The notes beneath the pieces were generated by a model. The model was given only the letters and a program-made list of their open reading frames with translations. It was not told the origin of the DNA and searched no databases. The translations under genes were made by a program, and so were the position numbers. A stretch of 64,000 nt of DNA from Promethearchaeia archaeon (lineage in GTDB: Archaea; Asgardarchaeota; Lokiarchaeia; Sigyniarchaeales; SOKP01). The stretch is taken from contig JAHQWK010000012.1 in the NCBI GenBank assembly GCA_029856145.1, positions 1 to 64,000 of the forward strand, given 5' to 3'. Positions within the stretch are counted from its first letter, which is position 1. Each line of letters opens with the position of its first letter. Shown here in pieces: positions 58,804 through 64,000 of this stretch.

Positions 58804-59949
58804 TTGGAAAGTGATATTATGGATATTAGTGATATAAAAATTGGTACTGAAGGAAGTTTCATTGGCCCTCTTGAAAAAGGAATTGCCCAAGTAAAAAGGA
58901 TAGAAGAGAACGGGTATGATTCGGTATGGTTTGCGGACCATTTGATGGGATGGACACCAGATAGTATATGGACACCTGATATTCTTAGAGCTGCTGAATT
59001 TGTAGATAGCCCACATATATTTCATGAAGTATATTCAGTCATGGCTGCTGCTGCTTGGAATACAAATAAAATTAAACTAGGTACAAGCGTGACTGAAACC
59101 TTTCGAAGACATCCTGCTGTTTTAGCTCAAACATTACTAACCCAAGATCACATCTCAAAGGGAAGAGTAATATTAGGTATCGGAGCTGGAGAAGGTGAAA
59201 ATGTAGTACCTTATGGTATTAAATGGGAGAATCCTGTAGGTAGATTAGACGAATCTATTCAAATAATTAAGTTATTGTGGAAGAGCGATAAGAAAGTAAA
59301 CTTTGATGGAAAATTTTGGAAATTGAAAAATGCTGTTCTTAACCTGAAACCATTCGAAAAAGGTAAATATCCTCCTATTTGGATAGCTGCACATGGACCC
59401 AAAATGCTTGATTTAACCGGAAGATTAGGGGATGGTTGGTTACCTGCATATTCTGATCCAGAATCATATAAATTTAGACTAAATCATATCAAAAATTCAG
59501 CAAAAAAAGCAAACAGAGATCCAAATGAAATTGTCCCAGCACTATTTAGTTTCCTACTAATCGATGAAGAACATAATGTCTGTGATGATATGCTTGAAAA
59601 CCCCGTAATTAAAAATCAACTATTAACTATGCCTCCTTCAATGTATAAAAAGTATGGAGCAATTCATCCTTTTGGAGAAGATTTTTATGGACTACTTGAA
59701 TATATCCCGACAGAATATGATAGAAAAACAGTATTAGAAGCAATAGATAAAATCCCCGCAAAAATGTGTGATGATAATACTTTACATGGGACACCTGATG
59801 AAGTTATCAGTAAAATTGAAGAATATGCTAAAGTGGGTCTAAAACATATTGTTTTTTATAATACAACTTATTTAGCGGATATTACTAAAATTAAAAGTTC
59901 ATTTGGCTTATTGAAAAAAGTCCTGCAATATTTTCACGATGAGAAGTAG
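58804..59949 (+). CDS. LLM-class flavin (probably F420)-dependent oxidoreductase
   Basis: VWFADH, RRHPA..AQ..LT.DH.SKGR.ILGIGAGE, PPIWIAAHGP, GDGW. Confidence 0.9.
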   Translation: MESDIMDISDIKIGTEGSFIGPLEKGIAQVKRIEENGYDSVWFADHLMGWTPDSIWTPDILRAAEFVDSPHIFHEVYSVMAAAAWNTNKIKLGTSVTETFRRHPAVLAQTLLTQDHISKGRVILGIGAGEGENVVPYGIKWENPVGRLDESIQIIKLLWKSDKKVNFDGKFWKLKNAVLNLKPFEKGKYPPIWIAAHGPKMLDLTGRLGDGWLPAYSDPESYKFRLNHIKNSAKKANRDPNEIVPALFSFLLIDEEHNVCDDMLENPVIKNQLLTMPPSMYKKYGAIHPFGEDFYGLLEYIPTEYDRKTVLEAIDKIPAKMCDDNTLHGTPDEVISKIEEYAKVGLKHIVFYNTTYLADITKIKSSFGLLKKVLQYFHDEK

Positions 59950-59955
59950 AAGAGG

Positions 59956-60801
59956 TTGATAGACTTGTATATTGATTGTCATGCTCACATATTTTTTAGC
60001 CCGATCCCTAAAGAAGCTATTGATAAAGATATCAAGGGTGAAATACCGACACCTACCATAGACTTTATAAATAGAATGATATCTAATGCAAAAAAAAAAG
60101 GAGTAAGCCATATTGTTGGAGTTATTAGTAATCCAGACGAGTTCCCAAGATATAAAGAACAATTGAAGCTTGAAAATATTATAAATATTATTGGTATCTC
60201 AAGAAATAAATCGCTAGAAGACCAAGCATATATGATTTCGTTATTAAGAAAGGAAATTGAGAGAAAAATACCTCATGGGATCGGAGAGATTGGATTGGAA
60301 TATCCCTATGATTTTGATAAGTTAAAGGAACATGAAGAAAAAGAAATTAAGAAAAGACAGCAGGAATTATTTAGAAAACAAATTCAAATTGCTAAAGAAA
60401 TTGCGATTCCTATTGTCGTTCATGCTGGATATGGTACAGATAAAGATATTGTGAAAATGTTAAAACAAGAAAAAGCAGATGATGTAGGGGGCCAAATTCA
60501 TGGCTATATGTCTAATAAAGAGTTAGTTAGTGAATTACTTGATCTAGGCTTTTACTTTTCGTTTGGATATTTCCATCCGAGAGAAGAGGAATTACGAACG
60601 ATTATTGAGATAACTCCAATAGAAAAGATCCTTATTGAAACAGATTCTCCATATCATCTAATAGAATCTCCTAAAAGATTTATTCTTCCAGAGGATGTGG
60701 TGCCAATTACAAAGGAAATTGCTAAATTAAAAGAAGTTAATCCTAAAACTTTTGCTAACCAGGTAATGAAGAATAGTAAGGAACTTTTTAATTTCAATTA
60801 A
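59956..60801 (+). CDS. tatD: TatD family hydrolase
   Basis: IDCHAH, GIGEIGL, F..QI..A, VVH, IH and ETDSPY motifs. Confidence 0.85.
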   Translation: MIDLYIDCHAHIFFSPIPKEAIDKDIKGEIPTPTIDFINRMISNAKKKGVSHIVGVISNPDEFPRYKEQLKLENIINIIGISRNKSLEDQAYMISLLRKEIERKIPHGIGEIGLEYPYDFDKLKEHEEKEIKKRQQELFRKQIQIAKEIAIPIVVHAGYGTDKDIVKMLKQEKADDVGGQIHGYMSNKELVSELLDLGFYFSFGYFHPREEELRTIIEITPIEKILIETDSPYHLIESPKRFILPEDVVPITKEIAKLKEVNPKTFANQVMKNSKELFNFN

Positions 60802-60804
60802 TTT

Positions 60805-61137
60805 TTAGAAAACTGTAGTATGTTTTAGAAACACATTTTTTATCCTTTTCAACATCGATCCTTCTGCACCCCATGTTACTCCTAATAATCCATGTCTTCC
60901 TCCTGCAACAACAATAACAATTTGATATCTATTCTCATCAATAGGATCAATTATTATTGTCGCTGCTAAATTTGATTCAATTCTAAAATAAAATTTTTCG
61001 GCTACAAGTACAATTGTACCACCATTATTCGTTTCGTATCGAGACAGAGTATTAGTCTCTTGGCGAATATCTGCAATTATGCCATCTAATTCCATTCGGT
61101 TAATTATAAATTTATCACTTTCCATTTTTAAACTCAA
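60805..61137 (-). CDS. Hypothetical protein (DUF6054-like)
   Basis: EKFYFR..S....TIII, VAGG..G.....WGAE pattern, recalled from memory. Confidence 0.55.
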   Translation of the reverse strand: MSLKMESDKFIINRMELDGIIADIRQETNTLSRYETNNGGTIVLVAEKFYFRIESNLAATIIIDPIDENRYQIVIVVAGGRHGLLGVTWGAEGSMLKRIKNVFLKHTTVF

Positions 61138-61236
61138 TTTGATTGTTTAAGCCCTTAGGTTAAATATAAAATTTTAGGATTAAAAACTTAATGTTTGTGT
61201 GAAGGATAGATTTAGCATTGATTAATATAAAAAAAA

Positions 61237-62034
61237 CTATTTAAATCCCTGACAGAAAGCATCCACATTTTTGGGCAATACAGAATGATTATATCCTCCT
61301 TCAAGTAAGGCATAACGTCTCCCTTTACATAAGTTTTCTGAATATTGTTTCATTAGCCTACCTAATTCAGTATAATCTTCGGGATATAATTTATGTCCCC
61401 AATCGTCAATGCCTTCATCGAATCCAGCGCTAGCTACAAATATATCGATATTATCTAGGTTTTTCATATAAGATTTGACTTCTTTGATATAACCTGTCCT
61501 CCCACTTGAATAAGGATTAAGAATCTTTACTTTAAAATCATCATTTCTATTAGTTAATATATTTATATTTCCATCCCCCGTGTGAAGATCAAAATCAAGT
61601 ACAAAAGCTGACTTGATTTTTTTTTCAGAATAGAGCTTTAAAAGGCTTATACTAATGTTATTGAAGTAACAGAAGCCCCAACATGAGTCTGACGAGGCAT
61701 GATGACCCGGAGGTCTTATTACCGCAAAAACTGGACTACCCTTAAATGCTTCTTCAGCAGCCATTATTGCTCCACCAGCAGCTAATGAAGCTAATTCATA
61801 TAATAACGAATTACTTTTTATGTTTTGAAGATGCCTTTTGGTATGAACTCTTAGAATAACTTCATCTGTTGCAGGATTCGGGGTTATAATCTCATATTCT
61901 TTGTTTTCTGAGATCACTTTCATAATACCTTCCAAGCGCCCCACGGCTGCAGCTGGGTCCCAAGCATACTCAGAATTATAATATTTTTCATGAAATACAA
62001 TTTTCATAGTTTTTTCATCAATATTTAATTGCAT
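61237..62034 (-). CDS. Histone deacetylase/AcuC family Zn deacetylase (compact)
   Basis: RPPGHHA, GFCYFNN, DFDLHTGDG, SAGFD and LEGGY motifs. Confidence 0.92.
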   Translation of the reverse strand: MQLNIDEKTMKIVFHEKYYNSEYAWDPAAAVGRLEGIMKVISENKEYEIITPNPATDEVILRVHTKRHLQNIKSNSLLYELASLAAGGAIMAAEEAFKGSPVFAVIRPPGHHASSDSCWGFCYFNNISISLLKLYSEKKIKSAFVLDFDLHTGDGNINILTNRNDDFKVKILNPYSSGRTGYIKEVKSYMKNLDNIDIFVASAGFDEGIDDWGHKLYPEDYTELGRLMKQYSENLCKGRRYALLEGGYNHSVLPKNVDAFCQGFK

Positions 62035-62105
62035 TTAAAAAAGTATATGATGAATATTATTTTAATTATTTTTTTAAATTAAAAAGCAGTTTTAGGAAAA
62101 TTGAA

Positions 62106-63200
62106 ATGATCAATGAAGAATTGGATATATATCGACATTTACAAAAACATTTAGATCAATTCCCAATAGGTTATCCTGCAACTACAACTGGAATTGAATT
62201 AAAAGTTTTAAAACATCTTTTTACTGAAAAAGAAGCGATTATTGCTACAAAATTAAGTTGGTCATATGATCCACTTGAGAATATCTATCTCCGAGTTAAA
62301 GATGTGGAAATTTCATCTGAGCAATTGGAACTAATACTTAATGATATGGTTAACAAAGGAACAATTAAATATAAAATTGAAAATGGCAAAAAACTATATG
62401 CAAATATTCCACTTGTAGTTGGAATGTTTGAATATCAAGTAAATAAGCTTACAAAAGAATTCTTAGAAGATTTTGAAGAATATTTAATGACTTCTTTTGG
62501 TGCTGAATTAGTAGGGACAAAAATCTTTCAATTTCGCACGATTCCTATAGAACAAGGCATTAAACATGATCAATACATAGCAAATTATAATGAAATTAAA
62601 CAAGTCATTGAAAACATTGAAGAACCAATTGGAGTAACAAATTGCCTTTGTCGCCAAGGTAAAGAACTTATTGGAGATCCATGTAAGAAAACATCACTCA
62701 AAGAAACATGTTTTTATTTTGGGAAAACAGGACAATTATTTATAAATGAAGGATGGGCACGTGCAATAAGTAAAAAAGAAGCTCTTCAAATTTTAAAAAA
62801 AGCAGAAATTGATGGCCTAGTACTCCAATCTGAAAATACAATAAATCCTGAATTCCTCTGTAGTTGTTGTGGATGTTGCTGTGAGATCTTAGCAAGATTA
62901 AAGTTTATACCTCGTCCATCCAGAATAATAACAAGTAATTATTATGCGGAAATCGATAATGATTTATGCGTAGGATGCGGAACTTGTGTAGATAGATGTC
63001 ATCTTAATTCTATAAAACTTGTTGATAATATAGCCAAAATAAATCTTAAACGATGTATTGGATGTGGCGTATGTGTTCCAACTTGTACGGAACAAGCTAT
63101 TCAACTGAAGAAAAAAGAGGACGAAATAATTCCTCCCCAAAACCCTGAAGAACTCTATACAAAGATTATGGATAAGAAACAGCAACTAAGAAAAAAATAA
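62106..63200 (+). CDS. wHTH-like + Cys-rich + 4Fe-4S dicluster protein
   Basis: YRHLQKHLD.FPIGYP.T.TG.E, CLCR, LCSCCGCCC and two ferredoxin motifs. Confidence 0.85.
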   Translation: MINEELDIYRHLQKHLDQFPIGYPATTTGIELKVLKHLFTEKEAIIATKLSWSYDPLENIYLRVKDVEISSEQLELILNDMVNKGTIKYKIENGKKLYANIPLVVGMFEYQVNKLTKEFLEDFEEYLMTSFGAELVGTKIFQFRTIPIEQGIKHDQYIANYNEIKQVIENIEEPIGVTNCLCRQGKELIGDPCKKTSLKETCFYFGKTGQLFINEGWARAISKKEALQILKKAEIDGLVLQSENTINPEFLCSCCGCCCEILARLKFIPRPSRIITSNYYAEIDNDLCVGCGTCVDRCHLNSIKLVDNIAKINLKRCIGCGVCVPTCTEQAIQLKKKEDEIIPPQNPEELYTKIMDKKQQLRKK

Positions 63201-63237
63201 ATGAATAATAAATGAATCAATGCCTTAACAAAAGGTA

Positions 63238-63999
63238 TTATTTAGAGCCAAATGCAAAAATTACAGATTTCTGAAAAATATATTCTCCTTCTTTTTTAAA
63301 AGTTTCAACCCCTTGAGGTAAGATGTTTTTCTTAAGATCATTAAGCTTATTGGGATCATGATTTAGGGTATATCTCATTATCCACGCGGAATTTTCCATT
63401 ATTTCCCACCATTCCTCAATAGATTTATAAATTATTTGAAAATCTTTCGAAAAAATTCTTATCTTGTTAAACCCTGCGTCTTCCATAATTAATTTAAACC
63501 CTTCAACTGACTCTTTGCTATAACTGATGGATATGTTCTCAATTTCATCAAGTTTTTTAATATTTTTATATATGAGATATTTTTGGAATAATCCTCTTGC
63601 GGTTTCTATATCTTGTTGGTATGCCCATGTACTAAAAGCAGCTTCTCCTCCTGGTTTTAATACTCTAAAAATTTCTTTCATTTTTGCATTTTTATCGATA
63701 AATCGATTACTTTCAAAATCAAAGACATCACTAAATCCTATGAATCCACAAAAAATGTTGTCAAAACTATTATTTTCGAACTTTAGATTGGTTGCATCCA
63801 TAATCTGGAATTTTACATTTTCTATAGCAATATCTTTAAATTTATTTCTTGCTTGGGATATTTTATTCCCATTTTTATCAATACCAAATAATTGACAATT
63901 CTCACCCAAATTTTCAGCAACCGCAACTAAACAAGCCCCACCTCCTGTACCAACATCAAGTATCTTTCCATCAAGTGTTAGAGTTGCTAATTTTACTAA
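63238..63999 (-). CDS. Class I SAM-dependent methyltransferase, 5'-truncated by the window
   Basis: Frame open to the window end with ILDVGTGGG motif I; MDA..L.F..NSFD and EIFRVLKPGG. Confidence 0.9.
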   Translation of the reverse strand, partial: LVKLATLTLDGKILDVGTGGGACLVAVAENLGENCQLFGIDKNGNKISQARNKFKDIAIENVKFQIMDATNLKFENNSFDNIFCGFIGFSDVFDFESNRFIDKNAKMKEIFRVLKPGGEAAFSTWAYQQDIETARGLFQKYLIYKNIKKLDEIENISISYSKESVEGFKLIMEDAGFNKIRIFSKDFQIIYKSIEEWWEIMENSAWIMRYTLNHDPNKLNDLKKNILPQGVETFKKEGEYIFQKSVIFAFGSK

Positions 64000-64000
64000 T

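Noticed and set aside
42487-62034. SET + GNAT + HDAC as a chromatin-modification system
   Set aside because: Spread over 20 kb in different orientations; all are common prokaryotic families and no histone gene is present
22092-63200. Selenocysteine read-through in Cys-rich redox genes
   Set aside because: The three 4Fe-4S paralogs and AOR appear full length with no internal TGA
1248-63895. Many short antisense or nested ORFs (e.g. 1248, 4082, 11261, 12633, 19871, 33710, 51696, 63527)
   Set aside because: They lie inside well-supported genes and carry no motifs
1-64000. CRISPR arrays, tRNA/rRNA, IS elements, integrases
   Set aside because: No regularly spaced repeats, cloverleaf or rRNA-like GC-rich segments, or transposase motifs seen

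Overview
Very AT-rich, gene-dense archaeal window. It most likely comes from an Asgard archaeon (Lokiarchaeia/Promethearchaeia), judging by an actin-family gene, a longin-GTPase, a Loki-CTERM-like protein, a RING protein, TFB paralogs and expanded 4Fe-4S and PAS-kinase families. About 55 CDS were identified; no rRNA, tRNA, CRISPR array or mobile element was seen. The housekeeping and metabolic background (purD, type IA topoisomerase, nfo, tfb, AOR, M32 peptidases, LLM oxidoreductases) is rich in tandem paralog pairs. Main candidate novelties: (1) a co-oriented locus pairing a coiled-coil + proline-rich + WH2/VASP-like protein with a catalytically divergent actin-related protein, a possible archaeal nucleation-factor/Arp module; (2) two tandem P2A-like P-type ATPases whose TM4 PEGLP is replaced by P4-flippase-like PINLP/PLNIP; (3) a split Cwh43/PGAP2-like lipid-remodelling gene set; (4) a longin/HEAT/pseudo-GTPase cluster reminiscent of adaptor complexes; (5) a 4-5 member microprotein family and two ORFs missed by the ORF track because they lack canonical start codons. 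All family assignments come from motif recognition by eye; no database search was run.
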